Shown: positions 17,681-25,620, counted from the first letter of the stretch. The stretch: 28,454 nucleotides of DNA from Candidatus Eiseniibacteriota bacterium (GCA_038231135.1 JBBRLX010000043.1:1-28454), one strand, 5' to 3'. Notes: a model not told the origin generated them from the sequence alone. Made by a program: numbers and translations.

Positions 17681-20662
17681 TCACAGCAGCTTGAGCGACA
17701 CCATCCACTCGTCGCCGAGGTGGCGGGCGCGCTGCCATGCGCGCGCGTAGCCAAACGACAGCGTGAGCGGCTGGAGCGTGAGCAACTGGAAGCGCAGATC
17801 GGCCTGCGCCCCCAGGTCCTGGTAGCGCCCGCGGGTATCGGCGTGCTGCGGATCGGTGAGGAGCCCGGCGCCGAACAGCGACAGGCGGGCGTTTGTCGCG
17901 TAGAACGCGAGCGTGCCCGCGCGGCGGAATCGCAGCGCCGGCAGGTCGAGTTCGGCGAGCGCCCGCGCGAAGCGGGTGCCCGCGATCGCGTCGATCGCGA
18001 CGCCGGGAAAGCTGTCGTACCCGCGATAGCGATGCGGATCGCGGTGGTCGATCCAGTTGTTGCCGAAGCCGCCGAAGTATTCATACGCGAATGGCTGCGT
18101 GGCGTCGCCATACGCGTGCCCCGCCGCGGTGCGCAGCCACAGGGAACTGTTGCGCAGTGGCAGTGGCGTGCCGGCGTCGAGCGTGGCGGCGACCCGCGGG
18201 AACCCCTGCCAGGTCGAGGCTCCGCCGCGCACGAACCGCACGCCCTGGCTCTCGGCCTCGAGCGTGCCCTGCCAGCCCAGCTCGTAGTCGACGGCCCCGA
18301 TCGACGCGCGCAGGTTCTTGTAGGCGAACTCGGCCGTCGCGACCGCCAGCTTGTCGAACCCGGGCGTGGTGGACACGTTCTGGGCGTCGGGCAGCCGGTC
18401 GAGGCCGCCGTAGCCGTCGAGGCCCACGGAAACATGCAGGGACCGCGGCGCGTCCTCGCGCAGCATGCGCTGCCACGTGACGCCGGCGTCGTAGCCCTTG
18501 CGGCTCGATTTCGTGGGCCCGACGAGGTCGTAGAACGAGGCGCCATTGTAACGATAGCGCGCCGAGAGGCTGGCGTGCTGGCCGTCGAGCGCGAGATGGA
18601 TGCGCTCGGTGCCGCGGCTGCCCGGCGTGTACGACACGGTGGCGGAGCCGCCATAGATGGAGACCGGGTCCGAGAAGTTCATGCGCACCCCGACCGCGGT
18701 CTGCTGCTTGTAGCCCTCGACGACCGGATACGCGGTGGTCATGCGCACCTGCGGCAGCGGGCGGTAGCGCCCGGCGAACGTCTGCAGCGAATCGAGCCGG
18801 ATGCGCGACGGCGGCGGCACCCGCCAGGTCTCGAGCACGGGATGCGACTCGACCAGCTCCCGGCCCAGGAACGTGATCGCGCTCACGTCGGTGAGCGGAT
18901 GCGCCTCGATGACCGCGGGCACGAACCCCCGGCCGGAGTAGCGGAACACGATCAGCGAATCGCCCGAGCCCGGCAGCGGCCGGAACAATCCGGTCTCGCA
19001 GTTGCTCACAACGTCCATGGAATCGGCTGCGAAGTCGTAGCGGAAGATGTTCGATACGCCGGTGTAGTAGCTGCTGCCATAGAGCTGCCGGCCGTCGGGC
19101 GTGAACACGAAGCTGGTGGGGATCGCGGTGCCGAAATCGTGGAGCGTGGTCGAGCTGGTGTCGCCGGCTGCGAGGGCCGCGAGCTTCATCGAGCGCAGCG
19201 TCTGCCGGCCGCTGATCTCGGCGACCGAGCCCACCAGCGTCGTGCCGTCGGGGGAGATGTCGAGATCGTAGAGATCACGCCCGTAGGGGAGTGTCATCAC
19301 CTGGTGGAAATCGGTCCATGGCGGCGGCATGGTCACCAGCGTCGAGAACCCATTGAAATGGCGCACGCCCCACAATGACCGGTCGGCGGGATTGAACGCC
19401 AGGTCGCCGATGCGGGCGTTGCGGATCAGCCGCCGCGAGCGGCCGGTCCTGGGGTCGAGCACGTTGAGTCCCCGCCAGCCGGTGTTGTCGCTGGTGAAGA
19501 ACAGCGTGTCGCTCCCGGGGTCGTGGGCGAGCGACGTCACGAAGTAGAGTGCCGGGCCCTTCACCTCGGTGAGCCGGCGCACGCGGCCGCTGGCGAGCGA
19601 GATCGCCGCAATGTGCGCCACGGCGCCCGGGTAGTCGACGCCCACGTACAACTCGTGCCCGTCGCGGCTCCGGTAGGCGCGCGACACCGAGCCCAGCGCC
19701 GTCTTCGACAGGTCGCGGTACGGCGTCACCGGGTAGCGCCGGATCGAGTCGAGGTTCGCGCGCTGGAACCCGTGCTCCCACGCGATCCAGTCGCTCCATG
19801 CCCGGTCGAGCGACGTGCCAAACACCTGTCGGAACCGGGATGCGAAGTACGCTCGATCGCCGGGGGCGCGCCCGACCCACCGGAGCAGGTGTTCGGGCGA
19901 ATGGACCTGGGCCAGGTAGCTCATGAACCGGGTGCCGTAGAGATAGGAATTCACTCCCACCTGGAAGTCGACCTTGGTGCCCTGCGACTCGAGTCCCAGG
20001 GGATCGTAGATGCGCGTCGAATCCCGCACCATCGCACGGAACACCATCTCGTCGTACGGCCCCTGTGCGCGGCCGAGGCCGCCCGCCATCCAGGTCTCCA
20101 TGAACACCGCGATGCCCTCGTGGTACCAGCGCGGCGCCGCGCGGCGCGGCAGCGTGAGGTAGTCGTAGAGCATCGTTACCGGCTGGTCCGCGGTCTCGCG
20201 CACCTTGCCGTGGAACAGCGTGCGGAACCACCGGTCGGAGCCGGCCGTCTGGTCGAGCGCCACCACGTGCACCACCTCGTGGTTCATCGTGAAGTTCATG
20301 CGTTCGTTGGACGGGCCGGTTTCGTAGACGAAGTTGGACGGCGCGATCTGCACCGACATGCTGTTGCGCGGCGCCACCCACACGCCGGCGTTCCCGTAGT
20401 CCCCCGAGTCGTCGAGGATGACGTTCACGCGCTCGGACGGCGAGTAGCCCCACAGCGCCTTGTGGAACCGCAGGGAGTTCTCGAAGCACCGCGCGGTGTA
20501 ATCGGTGAGGAACTCCATCGACCGCCCGGGATAGATCAACCGCATGTCCCGGGTCTCGAGCACCGAGAACTGGGCGCGGACCGGCGCCGGGCCGAGCAGC
20601 AGCAGGACGAGCGCCGGGAGCACGGCGAACGACCTGCGCACGCGACGACGGGCTGGTTTCAA
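17681..20662 (-). CDS. Outer-membrane protein: gluzincin/MA-clan peptidase domain, beta-propeller and C-terminal beta-barrel
   Basis: Signal peptide ending VRA-Q; HEVVH plus PRWYHEGIA zinc motif; TolB-like SPDG/TPDG repeats; alternating aromatic beta strands at the C-terminus. Start uncertain: TTG 20662 with GAGGG upstream; alternatives 20641 or 20722. Confidence 0.75.
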   Translation of the reverse strand: MKPARRRVRRSFAVLPALVLLLLGPAPVRAQFSVLETRDMRLIYPGRSMEFLTDYTARCFENSLRFHKALWGYSPSERVNVILDDSGDYGNAGVWVAPRNSMSVQIAPSNFVYETGPSNERMNFTMNHEVVHVVALDQTAGSDRWFRTLFHGKVRETADQPVTMLYDYLTLPRRAAPRWYHEGIAVFMETWMAGGLGRAQGPYDEMVFRAMVRDSTRIYDPLGLESQGTKVDFQVGVNSYLYGTRFMSYLAQVHSPEHLLRWVGRAPGDRAYFASRFRQVFGTSLDRAWSDWIAWEHGFQRANLDSIRRYPVTPYRDLSKTALGSVSRAYRSRDGHELYVGVDYPGAVAHIAAISLASGRVRRLTEVKGPALYFVTSLAHDPGSDTLFFTSDNTGWRGLNVLDPRTGRSRRLIRNARIGDLAFNPADRSLWGVRHFNGFSTLVTMPPPWTDFHQVMTLPYGRDLYDLDISPDGTTLVGSVAEISGRQTLRSMKLAALAAGDTSSTTLHDFGTAIPTSFVFTPDGRQLYGSSYYTGVSNIFRYDFAADSMDVVSNCETGLFRPLPGSGDSLIVFRYSGRGFVPAVIEAHPLTDVSAITFLGRELVESHPVLETWRVPPPSRIRLDSLQTFAGRYRPLPQVRMTTAYPVVEGYKQQTAVGVRMNFSDPVSIYGGSATVSYTPGSRGTERIHLALDGQHASLSARYRYNGASFYDLVGPTKSSRKGYDAGVTWQRMLREDAPRSLHVSVGLDGYGGLDRLPDAQNVSTTPGFDKLAVATAEFAYKNLRASIGAVDYELGWQGTLEAESQGVRFVRGGASTWQGFPRVAATLDAGTPLPLRNSSLWLRTAAGHAYGDATQPFAYEYFGGFGNNWIDHRDPHRYRGYDSFPGVAIDAIAGTRFARALAELDLPALRFRRAGTLAFYATNARLSLFGAGLLTDPQHADTRGRYQDLGAQADLRFQLLTLQPLTLSFGYARAWQRARHLGDEWMVSLKLL

Positions 20663-20688
20663 GCGGCGGCCCTCGAGGAGGGGAACGC

Positions 20689-20720
20689 GGAAATCCCGCG
20701 CGATGCCGCGCGGGGTTTCC
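20689..20720 (-). terminator. Stem-loop after the repeat-protein gene (partial terminator or mRNA stabiliser)
   Basis: GGAAACCCCGCGCG-GCAT-CGCGCGGGATTTCC: a 14-bp stem with one mismatch, 18 bp after the stop codon. Confidence 0.5.
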
Positions 20721-20738
20721 AACGACGGTACGAAGATG

Positions 20739-21761
20739 TCAGTGCGTTTCGAGTGTGCGCGCGGCCAGTTCCGACTGGCTTGCGAGCTTGCTGAATTCGG
20801 GCGCCGAGACCAGTTTCTGGAAATCCGCCTGGGTGATGAGCTTGTTGAACTCGGGAATCGCCACCACCTTCGCCAGGTCCGGGTCGATCGCGAGTTTCGC
20901 GAATTCCGGGCTCGACGCCAGCTTCGAGAATTCCGTGGTCGCCGCGACCTTGAACAGGCCGGCGTCGATCGAGTGCTGGAATTCCGGCGTGGTCACGAGC
21001 TTGCCGAACTCGGGCTGCGCCGCCAGCTTCTGGAACTCGGCGCTGGTCACCAGCTGGTTGAATTCCGTGACCGTCTTGATCTTGTTGAACTCGGTGACGG
21101 TCTTGATCTTGTTGAACTCGGTGACGGTCTTCACCTTGTTGAACTCGGTGACCGTCTTGATCCTGTTGAATTCCGTGACGGTCTTGATCCTGTTGAACTC
21201 GGTGACCGTCTTCACCTTGTTGAGCGACGCGTCCGTCATCATCGCCGCGAATTCCGGTGTCGTCACCAGCTTCGCGAATTCGGGATCCTTCACGATGCGT
21301 GACAGCGCATCCTGATCAGCCGTGCTCAGCTTGCCGAACTCGGGTGTTGCCGCGATCTTCCAGAACTCGCTGCTCGACGCCATGTGCGCGAACTCGGGCT
21401 GCGCGATCAGCTTGTGAAACTCCGTGACGGTCGAGAGCTTCTGGAATTCCGGCTGTGTCACCATGCGGCCGAATTCAGGATTCTTCGCGAGCTTGCTGAA
21501 TTCGGGGCTCGTCACGAGCTTCCGGAACTCCGCATTCGTCTGCATCTTGTGGAACACGTCGGTCTGGAGGAACGCCTGGGTGTCGGCGTCCTTGATCGCC
21601 ACGTCGTTGTCGGTGATCTGGTTCGCCTGATAGCGATTCGCGGCGCCGATGGTGCCCTCGGTCCCCACGGGCGCCGGCGCCTTACCCTTGAGCAGCAGGT
21701 ATCCGCAGCCCACCGCCGCGACGACGGCGACTGCAACGAGGATGCCCTTGTTGTTCGCCAT
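20739..21761 (-). CDS. Membrane-anchored protein of about 30 tandem 9-aa repeats (xPEFxKLxx), function unknown
   Basis: AAGGAG ribosome-binding site; N-terminal hydrophobic helix; about 40-aa unique region; then repeats such as SPEFSKLAK, QPEFQKLST and VTEFNKIKT to the C-terminus. Confidence 0.9.
   Translation of the reverse strand: MANNKGILVAVAVVAAVGCGYLLLKGKAPAPVGTEGTIGAANRYQANQITDNDVAIKDADTQAFLQTDVFHKMQTNAEFRKLVTSPEFSKLAKNPEFGRMVTQPEFQKLSTVTEFHKLIAQPEFAHMASSSEFWKIAATPEFGKLSTADQDALSRIVKDPEFAKLVTTPEFAAMMTDASLNKVKTVTEFNRIKTVTEFNRIKTVTEFNKVKTVTEFNKIKTVTEFNKIKTVTEFNQLVTSAEFQKLAAQPEFGKLVTTPEFQHSIDAGLFKVAATTEFSKLASSPEFAKLAIDPDLAKVVAIPEFNKLITQADFQKLVSAPEFSKLASQSELAARTLETH
21057..21218. repeat. 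Six tandem 27-bp coding repeats
   Basis: Units such as GTTGAACTCGGTGACGGTCTTGATCTT start at 21057, 21084, 21111, 21138, 21165 and 21192; they encode [K/R][I/V]KTVTEFN. Confidence 0.95.
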
Positions 21762-21818
21762 GGGGATCTCCTTGGTTCATTCGGCCCACGCGCCGGATCT
21801 CCGGCGCTCACGGTAGCC

Positions 21819-21844
21819 ATACACGACATCGTGAAATTCGTTGG
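21819..21844 (-). promoter_or_regulatory. Candidate ECF sigma promoter of the repeat-protein gene
   Basis: CCAAC-N14-CGTGTAT, matching the motif upstream of the sigma gene; AAC and CGT are typical ECF -35/-10 cores. Confidence 0.6.
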
Positions 21845-21866
21845 TGGAAGTCTTGCGGCCGCCCCG

Positions 21867-22649
21867 TCAGGGATGGTCTCCCGGGATCGGGACCTCCTGT
21901 TCGCGGTCCTGCCCCAGCGACCGCAACGTGAAGTGCAGCAGCGGAGACCCGGCGCCGGCGCCATGAATCCTGAGCGAATAGCGCAGGTCGCCCGAGAACG
22001 TGATCGTGATCGAGCCAGGCTCGAGCGCGGCGTGCGCGGGGGCGGGGACGATGCCGCCGATCGCGGTCAGCGTCCGCTGGGGATCGTGATCGAGCACCAG
22101 CGTGGCGCCGTCGGTGGATCGGGCGTCGATGCGCGCCTCCACCGTGTCGCCGATCCGGCGCAACTCCACCCGGGCGTGTGCGGTGGCCGCGTCGAGCACG
22201 ACGACCGCCGCGGGTGCGCCGCCGAGCGGCGCCAGCGTGCCCGACACGGTGAGGTTCGAGGGGCCGCCGCGGCCGGTGGCGAGGGACCACACGAGGATGC
22301 CCGCGGCGCAGCCGGTCGCGAACGTGGCAGCCAGGCGGATCGCGAGCTTGCGGTCGAGCCAGCCCGCGAAGCGGCGGTCGAGCCGTGCGGCAGGGCGGCG
22401 GTCGAGCCCCGCGGTAAGCCGCACTGCCCCTTCGGACTGGATGCTGCGCATGATGTTCCGCTTGAGGTCGCCGGGCGGCGGGAGCGGCCGCGCGGCGCGC
22501 AACGCCCGCACCGCGGTCTCCAGCGAGTCCCATTCCTCGCGCGCCTTGGCGTCGGTCGCGACGCGGGCCGCCAGCTCCGCGCGCTCGGCCGGGCTGGCCT
22601 CGCCGTCGAGCACCGCGTGCGCCAGTTCCGCGAACGAGGGGCGGGTCAT
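21867..22649 (-). CDS. Single-pass membrane anti-sigma factor (ZAS-like N-terminus without zinc ligands)
   Basis: ATGA overlap with the ECF sigma gene; AVLDGEASPAERAELAARV anti-sigma-domain pattern; one TM helix; beta-rich periplasmic domain. Confidence 0.8.
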   Translation of the reverse strand: MTRPSFAELAHAVLDGEASPAERAELAARVATDAKAREEWDSLETAVRALRAARPLPPPGDLKRNIMRSIQSEGAVRLTAGLDRRPAARLDRRFAGWLDRKLAIRLAATFATGCAAGILVWSLATGRGGPSNLTVSGTLAPLGGAPAAVVVLDAATAHARVELRRIGDTVEARIDARSTDGATLVLDHDPQRTLTAIGGIVPAPAHAALEPGSITITFSGDLRYSLRIHGAGAGSPLLHFTLRSLGQDREQEVPIPGDHP

Positions 22650-23191
22650 GATGCCGTCACCCCGCGGCGGCGCAACGCCTCGCCCAGCAGCTGGCGGGCG
22701 CTGAACAGCCGCGATTTCACCGTCTTCTCGGGAATCCCCGCCACGTCGGCAATCTCCGCGTACGACAGCTCCTGGAAGTGTCGCAGCACGATCACCTGCC
22801 GGTACTCCGCGCTCAATGTCATCAGCGCCTCCTGTAGGTGATCGCCGAGTTCGATGCGTTCGAGCGTGTCCGCCGGACCCGGAACGCCGTCCGGAATGCC
22901 GTCGTCGAGCTCGTCGTGCCGCCTGCGCCGCTGCACGAAATTCAGCGACTCGTTGATCGTGATGCGGTAGATCCAGCTGTAGAACCGGTGCGCCGGATCA
23001 TAGCTCGCGAGATTCCGCCACACCTTGAGGAACACGGTCTGGGTCAGATCGCGGGCGTCGTCCGGGCTGCCGGTCATCCGCCAGGCCAGGTTGTAGAGCA
23101 CGCCCTGGTATTCGTCGACGAGTGCTTCGAATGCGCGTTCGTCGCCCCGCTGCGCGCGGTGGATCAAAGCGAGCTCCGGGTTCTCCGACAT
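22646..23191 (-). CDS. ECF RNA polymerase sigma-70 factor
   Basis: GDERAFEALV, DARDLTQTVF, FYSWIYRITIN (region 2); LSYAEIA..GIPEKTVKSRLFSAR (region 4). Confidence 0.95.
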   Translation of the reverse strand: MSENPELALIHRAQRGDERAFEALVDEYQGVLYNLAWRMTGSPDDARDLTQTVFLKVWRNLASYDPAHRFYSWIYRITINESLNFVQRRRRHDELDDGIPDGVPGPADTLERIELGDHLQEALMTLSAEYRQVIVLRHFQELSYAEIADVAGIPEKTVKSRLFSARQLLGEALRRRGVTAS

Positions 23192-23193
23192 CA

Positions 23194-23220
23194 ATACACG
23201 CGCTCCCGGGGAAAAGTTGG
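23194..23220 (-). promoter_or_regulatory. Candidate autoregulatory ECF promoter, leaderless
   Basis: CCAAC-N15-CGTGTAT ending 2 nt before the ATG at 23191; no Shine-Dalgarno sequence. Confidence 0.6.
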
Positions 23221-23237
23221 CGGACGGTTGGCGGCAG

Positions 23238-23522
23238 TTATTCGATGGTCAGCAGGCGGTCGAGCCCGGCGTAGGCGAACACGTTGCGGACCCGGGGCTG
23301 GAGCCCGACCAGCTTGAACGCGTGGCCCGCGGCGTGCAGACGCTTGTAGGTCTCGATGAGCACGCCGATTCCGGCGCTCGAGATGTATTCCAGCCCGGAC
23401 ATGTCGACCGTGACCGGCTCCAGCAGCGGGCGGAGCGCCGCCTGCGCCCGCTCGGCCTCCGCCGCGTCGAGCCGTCCCGCCAGTTTCACGCGTCCCGCCT
23501 CGCCGATCTGAATGTCGAGCAT
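23238..23522 (-). CDS. STAS-domain anti-anti-sigma factor (RsbV/SpoIIAA-like)
   Basis: LAGRLDA; DMSGLEYISSAGIG containing the phospho-acceptor Ser; VRNVF..GL; TGATG overlap with the upstream gene. Confidence 0.9.
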   Translation of the reverse strand: MLDIQIGEAGRVKLAGRLDAAEAERAQAALRPLLEPVTVDMSGLEYISSAGIGVLIETYKRLHAAGHAFKLVGLQPRVRNVFAYAGLDRLLTIE

Positions 23523-23929
23523 CAGGGGCCGATCCTCTTGGTGACGGTGATGGTGCTGACCCGATCCACGTACTCGTAGCGCACGTCGTCGGCGATCCGT
23601 TTCACGAGGTGAATCCCGAGGCCCCCCGGCCGCCGCGCGTCCAGCGGCGCCGTGGTGTCGACCGGTCGGGCCTGGGTGAGATCGAATCCTTCGACGTCGA
23701 AATCCTTGAGGACCAGCGTCACCGCTACCGGGTCGGCCTCGAGTGCCACGAGGATCTCATGCCGGCCGTCACGCCCGTATTTCACGAGATTGGTGAACAG
23801 CTCCTCGACGATCACGTCGAGGTCGTAGGTGAGCCCGGGGTCGAGTCCGCGGTCCGCGACGAACTGGTGGACGAAGGCGAAGATCGCGTCCAACGACCCC
23901 ACGGCCCGGGGGAATCGACGTTCCGGCAT
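23522..23929 (-). CDS. RsbW/SpoIIAB-like anti-sigma Ser kinase (HATPase_c_2)
   Basis: VEELFTNLVKYG (N-box), GGLGIHLVKRIADDVRY; start placed at MPERRF. Confidence 0.88.
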   Translation of the reverse strand: MPERRFPRAVGSLDAIFAFVHQFVADRGLDPGLTYDLDVIVEELFTNLVKYGRDGRHEILVALEADPVAVTLVLKDFDVEGFDLTQARPVDTTAPLDARRPGGLGIHLVKRIADDVRYEYVDRVSTITVTKRIGP

Positions 23930-24047
23930 GGGTGGAAGGTACGGCCCGTGGGCGGGCGGGGCAACGGAAGCTTTGCGGCACCCGTGCCGCGCAGCTAGCA
24001 TGGGAGTATCGAGCCTTAACACTCACCACCCCTGACGAGGCGTTCCC

Positions 24048-25595
24048 GTGTCCCCAGCCGACCCGCCATTCGTCGATGCGGCGCGCGCAGCGTTTCCCGG
24101 CAACGGCGCCGCGCTCACGCTCGGAGCGCCGATTCTGAACGGAATCTGCCACCCCGAGCCGTTGGTCACGGTTTCGCTCGCGATGATGAACCGTCACGGC
24201 CTGATCGCGGGCGCCACCGGTACCGGCAAGACCCGCACGCTGCAGCTCATGGCCGAGCAGCTCTCGGCGCACGGCGTGCCGGTGTTCCTGTCGGACGTGA
24301 AGAGCGACGTGTCCGGCATCGCGGTCCCGGGCGCGCCGAACGACCGCGTCGCCGCCCGCGCGAAGGAGATCGGTTACGACTGGACGCCGGCCGGCTTTCC
24401 GGTGGAATACCTAAGCCTGACGGGCGCCAGGGGCGCACAGCTGCGCGCGACCGTGTCGTCGTTCGGGCCGCTGCTGCTGTCGAAGGTGCTGGGCCTGAAC
24501 GAGACCCAGGGCAGTGTGCTGTCGCTGGTGTTCAAGTACTGCGACGACCAGAAGCTGCTGCTGCTCGACCTGGCCGATCTGCGCGCGGTGCTGCAGTACC
24601 TGAGCGGCGACGGCGCCGCTCAGCTCAAGGACTATGGCGGCATGTCGAAGGCCACGGTGGGAGTGCTGCTGCGCGACATGGTGGAACTGGAGCAGCAGGG
24701 CGCGGGCGCGTTCTTCGGCGAGCCCGAATTCGAGCTCGAGGACCTGCTCCAGATCGACCGCGACGGCCGTGGAGTCGTGAGCGCGCTCGAGCTGTCGGAC
24801 GTGCAGGACAAGCCGGCGTTGTCCTCCACGTTCATGATGTGGCTGCTGGCGCGGCTCTACGCCGAGCTGCCGGAAGTCGGCGATGTCGACAAGCCCAAGC
24901 TGGTGTTTTTCTTCGACGAGGCACACCTGCTGTTCGACGGCGCGAGCAAACAATTCCTCGAAGAGGTGCAGAAGGTCGTGCGGCTCGTGCGCTCGAAAGG
25001 CGTCGGCATCTTCTTCGTCACCCAGAGCCCCAAGGACGTGCCCGCCGATGTACTCGGCCAGCTCGGGCATCGCGTGCAGCACGCCCTGCGGGCGTTCACG
25101 CCCGACGACGAGGCGGCACTGCGCGCCGCCGCGCGCACCTACCCCAGGACTCCATTCTACGACGTGCAGGCGACGCTGATGTCGCTCGGCATCGGCGAGG
25201 CGTTCATCACCGTGCTGTCGCCGAACGGCGTCCCGACGCCGCCGTTCGCCACGCGGCTGGTGCCGCCGGCGTCGCGGATGGGCCCGCTGACGGATACGGA
25301 GCTGGCCCAGCGGCTCGGCGCATCGCAACAGGTGAAGCACTACTCCCAGGCCATCGATCGGGAGAGCGCGCGCGAATTGCTGGCGGCGCGCGCCGAGACG
25401 GCGCCCGTGCCGCCCGGCTCCGCCGCCGCGCCGGGTAGCCGGCCCGCGGCGTCCGCCGCGAGTGCCGGAGTCGACATCGGCAAGATTCTCAATTCACCGC
25501 TGGCGCGCACAATCGCCGGCACCGTGGCGCGCGGTCTGATGGGCGCGCTGCTCGGCACTCCCGCGCGGCGCCGGCCATCGCGGCGTTCCTTCTGA
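24048..25595 (+). CDS. DUF853 / HerA-like P-loop ATPase (YjgR family)
   Basis: MNRHGLIAGATGTGKT, DVKSD, FFGEP, LVFFFDEAHLLF, RSKGVG, RVQHALRAFTP. Confidence 0.92.
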   Translation: MSPADPPFVDAARAAFPGNGAALTLGAPILNGICHPEPLVTVSLAMMNRHGLIAGATGTGKTRTLQLMAEQLSAHGVPVFLSDVKSDVSGIAVPGAPNDRVAARAKEIGYDWTPAGFPVEYLSLTGARGAQLRATVSSFGPLLLSKVLGLNETQGSVLSLVFKYCDDQKLLLLDLADLRAVLQYLSGDGAAQLKDYGGMSKATVGVLLRDMVELEQQGAGAFFGEPEFELEDLLQIDRDGRGVVSALELSDVQDKPALSSTFMMWLLARLYAELPEVGDVDKPKLVFFFDEAHLLFDGASKQFLEEVQKVVRLVRSKGVGIFFVTQSPKDVPADVLGQLGHRVQHALRAFTPDDEAALRAAARTYPRTPFYDVQATLMSLGIGEAFITVLSPNGVPTPPFATRLVPPASRMGPLTDTELAQRLGASQQVKHYSQAIDRESARELLAARAETAPVPPGSAAAPGSRPAASAASAGVDIGKILNSPLARTIAGTVARGLMGALLGTPARRRPSRRSF

Positions 25596-25620
25596 CGCGA
25601 CCCGCCGTGCCGTTGCGAGC

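Noticed and set aside
17671..18654. N-terminal 328 aa of the 663-aa PrsW ORF in the track
   Set aside because: Overlaps the OM-protein gene in another frame and is low-complexity; the real start is most likely GTG at 17670.
21057..21218. 27-bp repeats as a CRISPR array
   Set aside because: Units are head-to-tail with no spacers, in frame within a CDS, and there are no cas genes.
21690..21761. Lipoprotein signal (AVGC) in the repeat protein
   Set aside because: Non-canonical -3 residue and the hydrophobic run continues after the Cys (GYLLL); an uncleaved anchor is more likely, though lipidation is not excluded.
24048..25595. HerA-type anti-phage defence system
   Set aside because: Motifs fit the widespread DUF853/YjgR family, and there is no Sir2 or nuclease partner alongside.
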